A stretch of DNA of 64,000 nucleotides, taken from positions 1 to 64,000 of the forward strand of contig CAWDOD010000005.1 in assembly GCA_963803805.1 (NCBI GenBank), in the 5' to 3' direction. The position numbers and the translations under genes were made by a program. Under the pieces are notes generated by a model. It ran no database searches, was not told the origin of the DNA, and saw nothing but the letters and a program-made list of their open reading frames with translations. This stretch comes from an uncultured cyanobacterium. GTDB lineage: Bacteria > Cyanobacteriota > Cyanobacteriia > Cyanobacteriales > CAWCAG01. Of this stretch, positions 1 to 9,872 are shown one piece after another (the stretch's first letter is position 1; every line of letters starts with the position of its first letter).

Positions 1-583
1 CAACAGTTTCTGCGACAGGTTCAGAAGATTCTATCTCCTCTTCTGCTACAGTTTCAGAGGTTTCTGTTCCTTGTTCAGCTACTGGTTCAACAGATTCTTC
101 TTCAGTAACAGTTTCTGCGACAGTTTCAGAAGATTCTATCTCCTCTTCTGCTACAGTTTCAGAGGTTTCCGTTCCTTGTTCAGCTACTGGTTCAACAGAT
201 TCTTCTTCAGTAACAGTTTCTGCGACGGGTTCAGAAGATTCTATCTCCTCTTCTGCTACAGTTTCAGAGATTTCTGTTCCTTGTTCAGCTACTGGTTCAA
301 CAGATTCTTCTTCAGTAACAGTTTCTGCGACAGTTTCAGAAGATTCTGTTTCCTCTTCTGCTACAGTTTCAACAGATTCTTCTTCAACCTCTTGTGACTG
401 ACGTTGTTGAATATTTTGATAAGCAGCTTTAGCCCATTGTAAATAATCTTCTTGACTAGGTTCGCTACTCTCTTGAGTCTTTTCCTCCACAGATTCCTGA
501 GTTTCTGAGGGAGTTGACTCGGTTTTTTGGGTTTCTTGTTCTTTCCCTTTATCTTTATACTGCCTACGGAACCAGTTAAACAT
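1..583 (-). CDS. ftsY: Signal recognition particle receptor FtsY, N-terminal acidic region (gene continues beyond the window start)
   Basis: The minus strand from ATG at 583 reads MFNWFRRQYKDKGK...EDYLQWAKAAYQNIQQRQ followed by Glu-rich repeats, typical of the cyanobacterial FtsY N-terminus. It lies directly downstream of nusB. Missing from the ORF track because it runs off the edge. Confidence 0.85.
   Translation of the reverse strand, partial: MFNWFRRQYKDKGKEQETQKTESTPSETQESVEEKTQESSEPSQEDYLQWAKAAYQNIQQRQSQEVEEESVETVAEEETESSETVAETVTEEESVEPVAEQGTEISETVAEEEIESSEPVAETVTEEESVEPVAEQGTETSETVAEEEIESSETVAETVTEEESVEPVAEQGTETSETVAEEEIESSEPVAETV
2..390. repeat. 105-bp (35-codon) tandem repeat, about 3.5 copies visible, inside the ftsY acidic domain
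   Basis: AACAGTTTCTGCGAC recurs at 2, 107, 212 and 317 with near-identical units. Confidence 0.95.
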
Positions 584-603
584 AATTAGTTGTCAGTTAT
601 CAG

Positions 604-640
604 TTAGCAATTAGCCATTAGCCATTAGCTATTAGCTATT
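604..640. repeat. Heptamer short tandem repeat (TTAGCCA/TTAGCTA type, STRR-like)
   Basis: ttagcaa ttagcca ttagcca ttagcta ttagcta; related heptamer runs near 1312-1342, 49005-49035, 55295-55328 and 55803-55853. Confidence 0.75.
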
Positions 641-1291
641 ATGAATGATTTGTTCCGTCACCCGTCTTAACACCCCATTGATAAACCGATGTCCTTTTTC
701 ATCGGAGTAGCGCTTAGCTAATTCTACTGCTTCATTAATAGCTACTTTTTGGGGAATCTCAAGAAACGATATCTCCCCTACAGAAATACGAAGGATATCG
801 CGATCTATTTGGGGTAGGCGGTTTAATTGCCAGTCTACTAATGCCGACTCTATTTGCTCATCAATTTCAGCTTGACGGCGTTTCACAGTACCAACTAACT
901 CTAAAGTATAGGTTTGTACTTCTGCTTGGTTGGCTAATTGAATAAATTCTGGTAATTCTAAAGCAGTTCCTAAACGATTAATTGCAGCTTGGGTTAGCTC
1001 AATTGCTTCTGTTACCATTGCTTTGGAACTTTCTATATTTGTAGAACGAGTTTCCGTTCCTAGAAGGCGATCGCTACCTCTTTTAACTTCAGCAGCAGCA
1101 GATTCTAAAGCTTCTTGTACTTCTAGGGTTAAAGCACGAATTGCTGCTAAAACCAGGCTATTTAAGTCTTCAGTGGCTAATTTGCCTGGTTTGTGGCTAA
1201 TTTGACTCAAACTTAAAAGAGCTAGCTCTCGCGCAATGCGACGGGGTTGTTTTCGAGGTGGCATGGGAGAGTTGTATGGGGTAGATGACAT
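632..1291 (-). CDS. nusB: Transcription antitermination factor NusB
   Basis: [11 protein letters not shown]-terminus; DRDILRI...[14 protein letters not shown]...FINGVLR C-terminal motifs. Confidence 0.95.
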   Translation of the reverse strand: MSSTPYNSPMPPRKQPRRIARELALLSLSQISHKPGKLATEDLNSLVLAAIRALTLEVQEALESAAAEVKRGSDRLLGTETRSTNIESSKAMVTEAIELTQAAINRLGTALELPEFIQLANQAEVQTYTLELVGTVKRRQAEIDEQIESALVDWQLNRLPQIDRDILRISVGEISFLEIPQKVAINEAVELAKRYSDEKGHRFINGVLRRVTEQIIHNS

Positions 1292-1370
1292 CAGGTTCTC
1301 AGTGTACAGTAAAAGCTAATGGCTAATCGCTAGTTGCTAGTTGTTTTTTCCCTAGCTCCCCATCTTCCCA

Positions 1371-2141
1371 TCATCCCTCTTCTTCAAGGGGAAAAACTTG
1401 TCGCTTTTCTTCTGATATCTTGGTTAAAGAAGGCTCTAAAGCTAGCTCTTTTTTCCTCGGCATTTTTTTCTTACTAGCTGCATTGGGTAGAGCAACAGGT
1501 AGTGTTTCTGAAGAGTTATTCGGATTGACAATTCCCCCTGAAATTAGCACCTTAAAAGCATCTTCAATAGACATAGAGAGGCTAATCACATCATCTTCAG
1601 GAACCATTGCGTACCAACCTGAAGTTGGGTTAGGGGTAGTCGGAATAAAAACACTGAGCATCTTGCGGGAAAAATTAGACTTCAACTCGCCGCTCACACT
1701 CCCTGTCACAAAACCCAAAGTCCAAACATCTCGGCGAGGATACTCTACCATAACCACCCGGCGAAACTTACTATTAGAATCTTGCAGTAAAGTTTCCAGG
1801 ATCTGCTTGAGGGTTTTATAAACTGAACCTGCTAAGGGAATTGCTTGAAGAATTCTTTCTCCTAAATTTAATAACCATTGTCCCGCAATGTTGCGAGCCA
1901 TAATACCAATGAGGAGAATGGCAGTTAAAGGCACAGCTAACCCCACAGACAAATCTATTAAATTAGTCAAAATCGGGTTGAGACTATGAAAGGGATTAAC
2001 TTGTTTCGGAATTTTGGTGAGAAAATTAATCACCCAATTGGCAATGGTGATGGTTAACCAAATAGTTGTAGCTAAAGGGATGACGACCAAAAGCCCTGCG
2101 ATGAGGTAGTTTTTGATATCCTGCTTCAGGCGCTGAATCAC
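1371..2141 (-). CDS. DUF502 family membrane protein
   Basis: KNYLIAGLLVVIPLATTIW, VMVEYPR and FIPTTPNPTSGW motifs. Start placed at GTG 2141 behind AAGGAG (ORF track extends to 2216). Confidence 0.85.
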   Translation of the reverse strand: MIQRLKQDIKNYLIAGLLVVIPLATTIWLTITIANWVINFLTKIPKQVNPFHSLNPILTNLIDLSVGLAVPLTAILLIGIMARNIAGQWLLNLGERILQAIPLAGSVYKTLKQILETLLQDSNSKFRRVVMVEYPRRDVWTLGFVTGSVSGELKSNFSRKMLSVFIPTTPNPTSGWYAMVPEDDVISLSMSIEDAFKVLISGGIVNPNNSSETLPVALPNAASKKKMPRKKELALEPSLTKISEEKRQVFPLEEEG

Positions 2142-2413
2142 AGAATGCGAATTCTCCTTATGACTAGATGAGGGAGTTTTCCGGTTTCGGTTGGACTTGA
2201 ATTCTCCAGATGGCACAGCAGCTTAATATATTTTGATAACTCTCTTCTTACATTATGTAACTTTTGTAAAAAAATGTTTCAATTTAGTTTTTTGTATAAT
2301 TTTGCTCACGTAATGAGAAAAGAAAGCTTTCTTTTCTCAGGTATCACAGTTTACATTTTAGCATTTTGGGGTAGGCAAAGCCCTCTCTCTGGTATCGCTA
2401 TACAAGTACCAGC

Positions 2414-3247
2414 TTAGGAGCTTTGCTTCAATGCTTTGCTGTGTTTGAGTTCCCAAACCTTAAGTAGAATCAAATATTCATAAAAAGCTTGCAACATACA
2501 CCAATTAAATCCTGCCCTGCCATCAAGAATGCCAAGCAGTAGGAAGTACATATAAAAAAACCGTAGTAGGGGGCGCAAAGGTAAACGTAAAGATAAATCT
2601 TTGAGCGCTCTTCTTCTTTCTACTTCAGAATTACCAAGAAACAACGTTCGTAAATTAATCTCCCCTTGCTCTAACTGTTTTAAAGTTTCTTTAGCTTCGT
2701 CGGTGGAGTAACGGTTATGCTTGTCTAACCAACGACTAAAACCCTTGCCACTTGTATAGTGAGGGTAAGTTTCTTTTAAAAAACCAGTAGAACCTTTGCA
2801 AACCTCCCTTTCGGTATGACCGTAATCATCAAACCAAACCGAATCTTTCCGAAACAGGCGCATTTGGTAGCGGGGATACTGGGTAGAGTAGCGTATCCAC
2901 TTCCCCATAAACATAACTCTTTCTGCCACATAGTAGCCGATATGTTCTGGGGATTGAATTACCTGCTTACACTCTGTAAATAACTCTGGGGTTAGGCGTT
3001 CGTCAGCTTCTAAAATGTAAACCCAATCGAATTTAGTAGCAACTTCTTGCAACATCCAAGTCCTCTGGCGACCATGGCTTTCAAAAACGTGCTGTTCTAC
3101 TCGAACTGGGTAATTTCGAGCAATTTCTACGGTGCGATCGCTGCTAAAAGAGTCTACTACTACAATATCGTCGCACATTGAAGCTGACTCAATACAAGCA
3201 GCGATTTCTGTTTCTTCGTTGTAGGTCAGGATATAAATCGAGAACAT
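2414..3247 (-). CDS. Glycosyltransferase family 2 protein
   Basis: SIYILTYNEE, VVVDSFSSDRT and ILEADE motifs; adjacent to an HpsJ-family gene. Confidence 0.9.
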   Translation of the reverse strand: MFSIYILTYNEETEIAACIESASMCDDIVVVDSFSSDRTVEIARNYPVRVEQHVFESHGRQRTWMLQEVATKFDWVYILEADERLTPELFTECKQVIQSPEHIGYYVAERVMFMGKWIRYSTQYPRYQMRLFRKDSVWFDDYGHTEREVCKGSTGFLKETYPHYTSGKGFSRWLDKHNRYSTDEAKETLKQLEQGEINLRTLFLGNSEVERRRALKDLSLRLPLRPLLRFFYMYFLLLGILDGRAGFNWCMLQAFYEYLILLKVWELKHSKALKQSS

Positions 3248-3270
3248 TTCCTGGTGTAATTCAATTGAGC

Positions 3271-3307
3271 TATCAGCACCCTCTAAAAAAGCTATGAGGG
3301 GCTGATA
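3271..3307. terminator. Stem-loop between the HpsJ-like and GT2 genes
   Basis: TATCAGC-A-CCCTC ... GAGGG-GCTGATA inverted repeat. Confidence 0.45.
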
Positions 3308-3359
3308 ACTTTGTGCTATTTGCTGACAAACCTACTCCAAATCATCCTTAGTTCACAAC

Positions 3360-4175
3360 TTATTTTGGTTTTTTAGTGCCTTTAGGGGCTTTGCGACGAC
3401 CTCCTGAAGCACCACTGGTTATACTCCTTAAGCCTGTCCAGCCAATAGTAATGTAACCGATAGCCAATAACAAGCTACTAATTCCTGTCCGGATTCCTAA
3501 CTTAAAAGCTTCAGCCCTAGCATTTTCTTGAGCTTCTTTTTTACGTGTACCTAATTGATTTTCTGCTTCGGAAATCCTTTCTTCTATAGCATCAGGATTA
3601 TCTTTTAGTTCCTCAAGGGCTGCCCGACGCTGTTCTAGTTCTTGAATTTGCTGCTCGTTAAGCTCTTGCCCATTAACCTTACCAGTATCAATTGCTTCAT
3701 TAATTTGTGCAATGGCTTGATCGTTTTGCAAAAGGGCCCCAAGCTGTTCTGACTCTTGAGCAATGCGACTTTCAAATTGACCAGCCCTTTCCTCAATTTG
3801 TTCTAGAGCCTTGCCTTTCTCTTTGTTGATATTGTTGAGGTGTAAAGGCACTATGAGTAGGAAAATCAAGCCTAAAATGCTAGCAATGATAAAAGACCAA
3901 AACCGCAAATCCTTAAAAGAAGAAGGACGAGTGTTGGTCGCTAAATCGCTATTGAGATTACCAATCCAGTAACCGGCAACCAAAAAGGCTATACCCACCA
4001 TAGGAATGATACCTCGGTCTACCATCTGGGTAACGTAGTTGATTTGCCAGAGAGGTTCAAGGGGTTTAAAAGGGATGCCAAGAACAAGGTAATCGAGTAA
4101 AGAAGAAATTATTAATATGACACCTACTATCTTAAGAGTAAGAGAAGTATAGGAAGAATTGACTGGGTTATTCAT
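3360..4175 (-). CDS. HpsJ-like (hormogonium polysaccharide secretion-associated) membrane protein
   Basis: TM helices with LKIVGVILIISSLLDY, VTQMVDRGIIPMVG and LIVPLHLNN, a coiled-coil middle and a C-terminal TM. Confidence 0.7.
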   Translation of the reverse strand: MNNPVNSSYTSLTLKIVGVILIISSLLDYLVLGIPFKPLEPLWQINYVTQMVDRGIIPMVGIAFLVAGYWIGNLNSDLATNTRPSSFKDLRFWSFIIASILGLIFLLIVPLHLNNINKEKGKALEQIEERAGQFESRIAQESEQLGALLQNDQAIAQINEAIDTGKVNGQELNEQQIQELEQRRAALEELKDNPDAIEERISEAENQLGTRKKEAQENARAEAFKLGIRTGISSLLLAIGYITIGWTGLRSITSGASGGRRKAPKGTKKPK

Positions 4176-4475
4176 CAGTATTTAATACCTAGCTTATGAG
4201 ACTAGCTTGCCCGAAAAGCCAACTTTTTTTCGCCATAAACGAATCTTAAATTGACTGGGTATCAAAATCCTAGCAAGGGAAGGGAACAATTGGCGAACCA
4301 GAAAATTTTAATTAACTAATCAATAAGCAAAAATAAAGTTTTCAACCCTGCTACGATACTCTCTGCTTCCTTATTCCCTGTACCAACCAACAACCTATTT
4401 AACTAAGCACAGTAGTGATATATTGCTGCTGGGAAAGTTATGGCGTAGTCATTAATCATCAATGACAAAAAAACA

Positions 4476-5198
4476 ATGAGAAAAATCCAAGTTTTAGCTG
4501 ATAAACCAGCCTTAATAGAGCAGGCACTCTCCCTGATCTTAGAGAGAATTCACACAGCTTGCCAAGAAAGGGGGCAGTTTACCATTGCCCTAGCAGGAGG
4601 TAGTACACCCAAACCATTATATGAAGCGATCGCAGCTCAAGCTTTACCTTGGGAAAAAATCCATGTATTTTGGGGAGATGAGCGTTACGTTCCAGCAGAT
4701 CATAGCGATAGCAACCAAAAGATGACCCGTGAGGCTTGGTTAGATAAAGTTAACATCCCTGTTAGCAATATTCATCCTATGCCTACAGGAGGAGGAGATC
4801 CTGTAGCTGATGCTAAAAACCACTCCCAACACTTACAAGAATTTTTTCAACTCTCTCCTGGAGAGTTTCCCCGTTTCGATCTTATTCTTTTGGGTACAGG
4901 GGATGATGCCCACACAGCCTCTTTATTTCCCCATACCGATGCTTTGAAAGTAAAAGATAGCTTGGTTACAGTGGGTAATAAGAGTGGCGAACCTCGCTTA
5001 ACTTTTAGTGTTCCTTTAATCAATCAGGCTAGATGCGTCATTTTCTTAGTAGCTGGAGAAAACAAACAAACAGCCCTAGCTCATATTTTTGCCTCAGAAG
5101 CCGATGATAGCGCCTATCCAGCTCGATTAATTCAGCCTGAAGGAGAATTATGGTGGTTACTAGATGAAGCTGCTGGCGCTGAGCTAGAGTCGAATTAA
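4476..5198 (+). CDS. pgl: 6-phosphogluconolactonase
   Basis: ALAGGSTP, FWGDERYVP and LLGTGDDAHTASLFP motifs. Confidence 0.95.
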   Translation: MRKIQVLADKPALIEQALSLILERIHTACQERGQFTIALAGGSTPKPLYEAIAAQALPWEKIHVFWGDERYVPADHSDSNQKMTREAWLDKVNIPVSNIHPMPTGGGDPVADAKNHSQHLQEFFQLSPGEFPRFDLILLGTGDDAHTASLFPHTDALKVKDSLVTVGNKSGEPRLTFSVPLINQARCVIFLVAGENKQTALAHIFASEADDSAYPARLIQPEGELWWLLDEAAGAELESN

Positions 5199-5254
5199 AA
5201 GATAAGCGAGGATTCGATTCGCAAAACTACACATAAAATAATTGATCTAGTGTT

Positions 5255-6043
5255 ATGATTACCTGTCCCAATTGCGATCATCAAAACCCAGAAGGAGCAA
5301 GCCAATGTGAAGCTTGTTATACTCCTTTACCACAAACGACTAGCTGTCCTAATTGTGGCGCGTCAGTACAAACCGATGCTACTTTTTGCGGTCAATGTGG
5401 TCAAAGTTTAGAACCAACTGCTAGTGCCGGAGGAGATATTCCTGATCCTCTACCAGCAACAGTAGTAAGTGCAGGAAGTCCTGCTGTCTCAAGTGAACCT
5501 GTCGTCTCCAGTGAACCTGTTTCAACCCCAGTAGTTGCTTCTCAACAAGAGGTAGAAGAAGCAGAGGTTGAGGTTGAAGCTAGTATTCCGCCAACCCCGG
5601 TTATGCCTCCTCCTGATCCCTCGACATCACAAACTCCTGTTGTTTCTTCTCCTGATCCCTCCACTCCTCCCCCAGCTTCACCAGCACCAGGTAACTCTTC
5701 TACTCAACTCCAAGTACAAACAGCTAGCTTGTTTCATATACAAACTGATACCCAAATTGAATTACCACAAAATGTAGATGTCATTCATCTCGGTAAGCCC
5801 AATGATAAAATTCCTCCTGATATTGATGTATCGGGTTTTCCTGAGTCTAGTATTGTTTCGCGGATTCATGCTGATATCAGAGTAGAAGGAGATACTTATT
5901 TCCTGGAAGATGTTGGCAGTGCTAATGGCACTTATGTTAACCATACTCCTTTATCTTCGGGAAATCGCCATCGTCTTCGTCCTGGCGATCGCATCGCTTT
6001 AGGGAAAGGAGATAAAGTAACTTTTATTTTCCAAATGTCGTAA
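5255..6043 (+). CDS. Double zinc-ribbon + Pro-rich linker + FHA domain protein
   Basis: Four CxxC pairs at the N-terminus; VSRIHA and DVGSANGTYVN FHA motifs. Confidence 0.9.
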   Translation: MITCPNCDHQNPEGASQCEACYTPLPQTTSCPNCGASVQTDATFCGQCGQSLEPTASAGGDIPDPLPATVVSAGSPAVSSEPVVSSEPVSTPVVASQQEVEEAEVEVEASIPPTPVMPPPDPSTSQTPVVSSPDPSTPPPASPAPGNSSTQLQVQTASLFHIQTDTQIELPQNVDVIHLGKPNDKIPPDIDVSGFPESSIVSRIHADIRVEGDTYFLEDVGSANGTYVNHTPLSSGNRHRLRPGDRIALGKGDKVTFIFQMS

Positions 6044-6085
6044 CAGTAATGCCAACGCTAACAGCTAAGTAGTTAGTGTTGGCTT

Positions 6086-6160
6086 TTCTTTATCGTGAAT
6101 TTTCTAACTATTCTTTATCGTGAATTTTCTAACTATTCTTTATCGTGAATTTTCTAACTA
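6086..6160. repeat. 25-bp perfect tandem repeat x3
   Basis: TTCTTTATCGTGAATTTTCTAACTA at 6086, 6111 and 6136. Confidence 0.95.
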
Positions 6161-6226
6161 TCTTTAACCAAGGGAAATCATTCATTAACCGATTTTCCCC
6201 TTTCATCCTTATATTCCTAACATTCG

Positions 6227-6313
6227 GTTGAGATGGGAGTGCCAAAGCAAAATATCGTGATTGGTTTTCCTTCTCGCAAGATGTTTCGGCTGACTGAGTT
6301 TGCCATAGGTTAA
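6227..6313 (+). pseudogene. 3' remnant of an XisI-family gene
   Basis: Reads VEMGVPKQNIVIGFPSRKMFRLTEFAIG*, matching the XisI C-terminal consensus (GVPKxDIVLGF...TEFAV). The 5' part is absent. Confidence 0.65.
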
Positions 6314-6356
6314 ATAAATAGAAATATGTTTGCCAGTTAGCTAACATTTTTTTGAT

Positions 6357-6596
6357 ATGAAAAATTTTAAGATTGAATATTTAATAACCCTTGACCAGAA
6401 AAAACCTTTTTGCAATAGTGTCGATTCTTTCAAAAACTTATTTGAAATGATTGATGAGACTGTAGTAGAAGATGCCGTAATTAAATATAAATCTCTGGAA
6501 ATTAACTACAAGATACAGACAAGTAAAATTGCTGAGGACGAGCATGATTACTTTCATCTTAGGTTTGACTTTAACGATGAGAATAATAGAGATTAA
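6357..6596 (+). pseudogene. Short AT-rich ORF, probably the truncated N-terminus of a larger foreign protein
   Basis: 79 aa, AT-rich, ends abruptly and overlaps an unrelated fragment. Confidence 0.35.
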
Positions 6597-6882
6597 ACCT
6601 AAGTTGCAAGAAGCTATAGATAAGCTAGATGAGATTGATGTACCTCAAGAGGATAGGGAGGCTGTTGTAGAAAATGCAGAGTTTGGATCTTCAACGTTCA
6701 AAGAGAAAACCATCAGAGTCTTAAAAGCAGGGGGAACTGAAGCTCTAGCAGGAATGACTAGCTACTCTCCTATGATTAATATCGCGTTGGCTGCATATCA
6801 AGGTTTTTTAGAAGCAAAAGTATTGAATGACAATAATACAGAACAAAAAGAGATTCCGAATTTGCAAGATGGAGACAATTAG
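6529..6882 (+). pseudogene. C-terminal helical fragment of the type found on cyanobacterial pentapeptide-repeat/COR-associated proteins
   Basis: KEKTIRVLKAGGTEAL...PMINIALAAYQGF resembles the recurring 'ALKAGGTEAL...P...I..AAIEGW' tail; no good start codon. Confidence 0.4.
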
Positions 6883-7077
6883 AATTGTATCAGTTAGTGC
6901 GATCGCCCAAATAGACATCTCCAGAAAAGAATTAGATTATAGTAAAAGAAGATAAAAAAGTACTTTTGATTAAAAATTGATAGTTTGATTATCCTGAAAA
7001 TTCTACCCAGGATAATCATTGATGTTTAATAATAAATAGTATGACTTGTCGCAGAGCGATAGTAAGGGGGTAATTTC

Positions 7078-8289
7078 ATGCAATCAAATTGGCGCATTGG
7101 TTCACTATTTGGTATCCCTTTTTACATTGATTCTTCTTGGTTATTAATCTTAGTTTTTGTCACTGTGATTAATGCTGGTGATATTAATGCCAGCAATGTA
7201 GTCGTAGGGCAACCCGTTTTAGGCTGGGTGGCTGGCTTTATGATGGCTTTGTTATTATTTATTTCGGTTTTATTACACGAATTAGGCCATAGTTTGGTAG
7301 CGAAAACCCAAGGAATTGAGGTTAACTCCATTACTCTATTTCTTTTTGGGGGTATAGCTTCCATTGCTAGAGAATCAAAAAATCCCCGCGAAGCCTTTCA
7401 AGTTGCTATCGCGGGGCCAGTAGTTAGCGTTCTTTTATTTGCCCTTTTCTTCAGCTTGAGTCAAGTAGTAGCAACAGATAGTCTGCCCCAATTAGTTACC
7501 TCGGATTTAGCTAGAATTAACCTGGTTTTAGCTCTGTTTAACCTCATTCCTGGTTTACCTTTAGATGGAGGGCAAGTCCTTAAAGCAGCAGTTTGGCAGG
7601 TTACAGGTAGTCGTCTAAAAGGAGTACGTTGGGCGGCGGCAACAGGTAAACTGCTTGGTTGGTTTGGTATTATTTTCGGACTATTTTTAGTCCTGATCAC
7701 AGCAGAAATTGGGGCAATTTGGCTAACTTTAATCGGTTGGTTTATCCTGCGTAATGCTGCTGCTTATGATCAGGCGATCGCCCTCCAAAAAGCTTTACTG
7801 GAACTTGTGGCTGCTGACGCTATGACTCACGATTTCCGGGTAGTGGATGCTAATTTAACGCTTCGGGGTTTTGCAGAAGAATTTGTTCTTGCTAATATCC
7901 AAACACCCAAACCCTATTATGCTTCTGCCGACGGGCGTTATCGAGGTTTAATTGATTTTGAGGATTTACAAGCCACTGAACGTAGTGAATGGGATAAGTT
8001 AACTTTATCGGATATTGCCCAACCTTTAATAGAAATACCTTCGGTAGAAGAGAAAAGTTCTTTGGTAGAAGTAATTAAGAAACTTGAAGAACAACAACGA
8101 AGTCACATAACCGTACTTTCTCCTGCCGGGGCTGTAGCGGGAGTTATTGATCGTGCTGATCTAGTTCGTGCTTTAGGGAAAAAGCAAAATTTACTTATTT
8201 CTGAAGAAGAAATCAAAAGAATTAAAACTGAAGGAACTTATCCGGCAGGGTTGCAATTAAATGCGATCGCTAAAGCAATTGAGGAGTAA
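7078..8289 (+). CDS. Site-2 protease (peptidase M50) with CBS domains
   Basis: HELGH zinc motif, FNLIPGLPLDGG motif, C-terminal CBS pair. Confidence 0.93.
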   Translation: MQSNWRIGSLFGIPFYIDSSWLLILVFVTVINAGDINASNVVVGQPVLGWVAGFMMALLLFISVLLHELGHSLVAKTQGIEVNSITLFLFGGIASIARESKNPREAFQVAIAGPVVSVLLFALFFSLSQVVATDSLPQLVTSDLARINLVLALFNLIPGLPLDGGQVLKAAVWQVTGSRLKGVRWAAATGKLLGWFGIIFGLFLVLITAEIGAIWLTLIGWFILRNAAAYDQAIALQKALLELVAADAMTHDFRVVDANLTLRGFAEEFVLANIQTPKPYYASADGRYRGLIDFEDLQATERSEWDKLTLSDIAQPLIEIPSVEEKSSLVEVIKKLEEQQRSHITVLSPAGAVAGVIDRADLVRALGKKQNLLISEEEIKRIKTEGTYPAGLQLNAIAKAIEE

Positions 8290-8343
8290 AATTGAAAGTG
8301 AGAAGGTAATAGATAAACTGAGGATAAATGTTTAAGGAAATTG

Positions 8344-9702
8344 CTAAGGCTTTTCATAAAGACGAGTAGCAAAATTCTTGGAACGTGTGGGGGAAAGCGC
8401 CCTGGCTTTAAGAATAGCAGCAGTTAAAAAGGCATAGGAAATAACTCCTACTATCGCTAACAATAAAGAACTGTAGTAACCGCTAGCATTCCATAAAGCA
8501 TGGAGAAAAGAAGCGCTAAGATAGCCGACTAGAAGAATTTGCCAGCCTTTTTTGGGTTTAAGTACACTTAGCCCCACAAAGTAACCCAGATAGCCGCTAT
8601 AGGCCATATGCCCTGCCACAGAACCTAATATTCTTGGTATCAGTAGGTGTAAGCCAGCTAATTGTGCTGCCTCTCCCCCGGCTTGGAGGGTAATATCATT
8701 AATAATATTCGGTACATACTGCCCAAGGGTTTCTAGGAGAGTAAAACCCACAGCAGAGGCTGTACCAAGAAGTATGCCATCAAGGGGTTCTTCTACTCCT
8801 AAACGCCCTCGCCAAGGGGGGCTAACTAATTTCCCGACTAAATATGCTCCTAAGATGGGTAAAGCTTTGAGCAATTCTTCCATCAACCCTGCCCCAAAAA
8901 ACATATTAATTAAAAGCACCAAAAAACTGACATTAACATCTGATTCTGGTACTGTTCCGGGGAGAATTTCTCGGAAGAAAATGATAAATAAAGTTAGTAA
9001 AGGGCTGATGAGAATAATGCTTGTGGTTAAGGCAGAAGCAAGTAAGACAAACCAGGATTTTGGTTTGCCACAAAGTTGGTAGATGTAATAGTAAGCAATG
9101 CCAGAAATGTAGGCCGCAATGAGGAAATTGTAAACGCTAGGTTCTCCTACCGCAGCGAACATAGAAACCACAAATAAAACCGTGAGGATGCCAGGGATGA
9201 GATAGGCTTTATTTCTTAAATCTTTTCCGGTAGAAGCAATGGGAAACAATTGGGTAAAGGTAACAGAATCATTTTCCGGTTTGACAGGAACTTGAGAAAG
9301 AGAATTTCCTCCATTAACTACCGGAGTGGCAAGAGGAGGATCTGGAACTAAAAGAGGTGTAGGTTGCAACAACTCAAAGACAAATGCTGGCCCATCATTG
9401 CCTAAACTTAAGCGATCGCCATTTTGCAAAGTTTGACAGCCATATAAGCGTTGTTCATTGACAAAGCTACCATTAGAACTGTCTAAGTCACATACTTCCC
9501 ATAGATCGGCACTTAACCACTTAATACAGAGATGCCGACGAGATACCCCTTTATAGAGATTAATCTCTAAAGGGATTTCACAGCTAGGATCTCTACCGAT
9601 GATTACTTCTTGCCCCTCACAAAGTTCGTAGGGAGGTAAAATTTGCCCCCCAACATCCCCTGTTGATAGCTGCTTAAGATATCCCTTTACTTGGCTGGCC
9701 AT
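8344..9702 (-). CDS. FHA domain-PrsW family intramembrane protease
   Basis: N-terminal FHA (IGRDP, VSRRH, DLDSSNGSFVN); PrsW motifs EELLK, GFTLLE, GHMAYS and LHALWN. Confidence 0.9.
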   Translation of the reverse strand: MASQVKGYLKQLSTGDVGGQILPPYELCEGQEVIIGRDPSCEIPLEINLYKGVSRRHLCIKWLSADLWEVCDLDSSNGSFVNEQRLYGCQTLQNGDRLSLGNDGPAFVFELLQPTPLLVPDPPLATPVVNGGNSLSQVPVKPENDSVTFTQLFPIASTGKDLRNKAYLIPGILTVLFVVSMFAAVGEPSVYNFLIAAYISGIAYYYIYQLCGKPKSWFVLLASALTTSIILISPLLTLFIIFFREILPGTVPESDVNVSFLVLLINMFFGAGLMEELLKALPILGAYLVGKLVSPPWRGRLGVEEPLDGILLGTASAVGFTLLETLGQYVPNIINDITLQAGGEAAQLAGLHLLIPRILGSVAGHMAYSGYLGYFVGLSVLKPKKGWQILLVGYLSASFLHALWNASGYYSSLLLAIVGVISYAFLTAAILKARALSPTRSKNFATRLYEKP

Positions 9703-9872
9703 TAGTTAATCGTCAGTCTCTAAGTTATTATTTGTTATTGGTTTAGGATAACTTATTGGCTTTTTAAGGGAATAGTCACTCTTTCAATAGGGGATTGCTA
9801 GTTGCTAAAATCTTAGAATTCCTGGGATATTTTATTTCTTGAAGTACCCTACTCCCCTTTCCCTGCTCCCTT

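Noticed and set aside
71..397. 108-aa Phe/Ser-rich plus-strand ORF
   Set aside because: Antisense shadow of the repetitive ftsY acidic domain
2341..2354. Perfect GTA-N8-TAC (NtcA-like) upstream of the DUF502 gene
   Set aside because: No TAN3T at the canonical 22-nt spacing on either strand, and such a short motif occurs often by chance
6086..6160. 25-bp repeats as a mini-CRISPR
   Set aside because: Units are directly abutting with no spacers, and there are no cas genes
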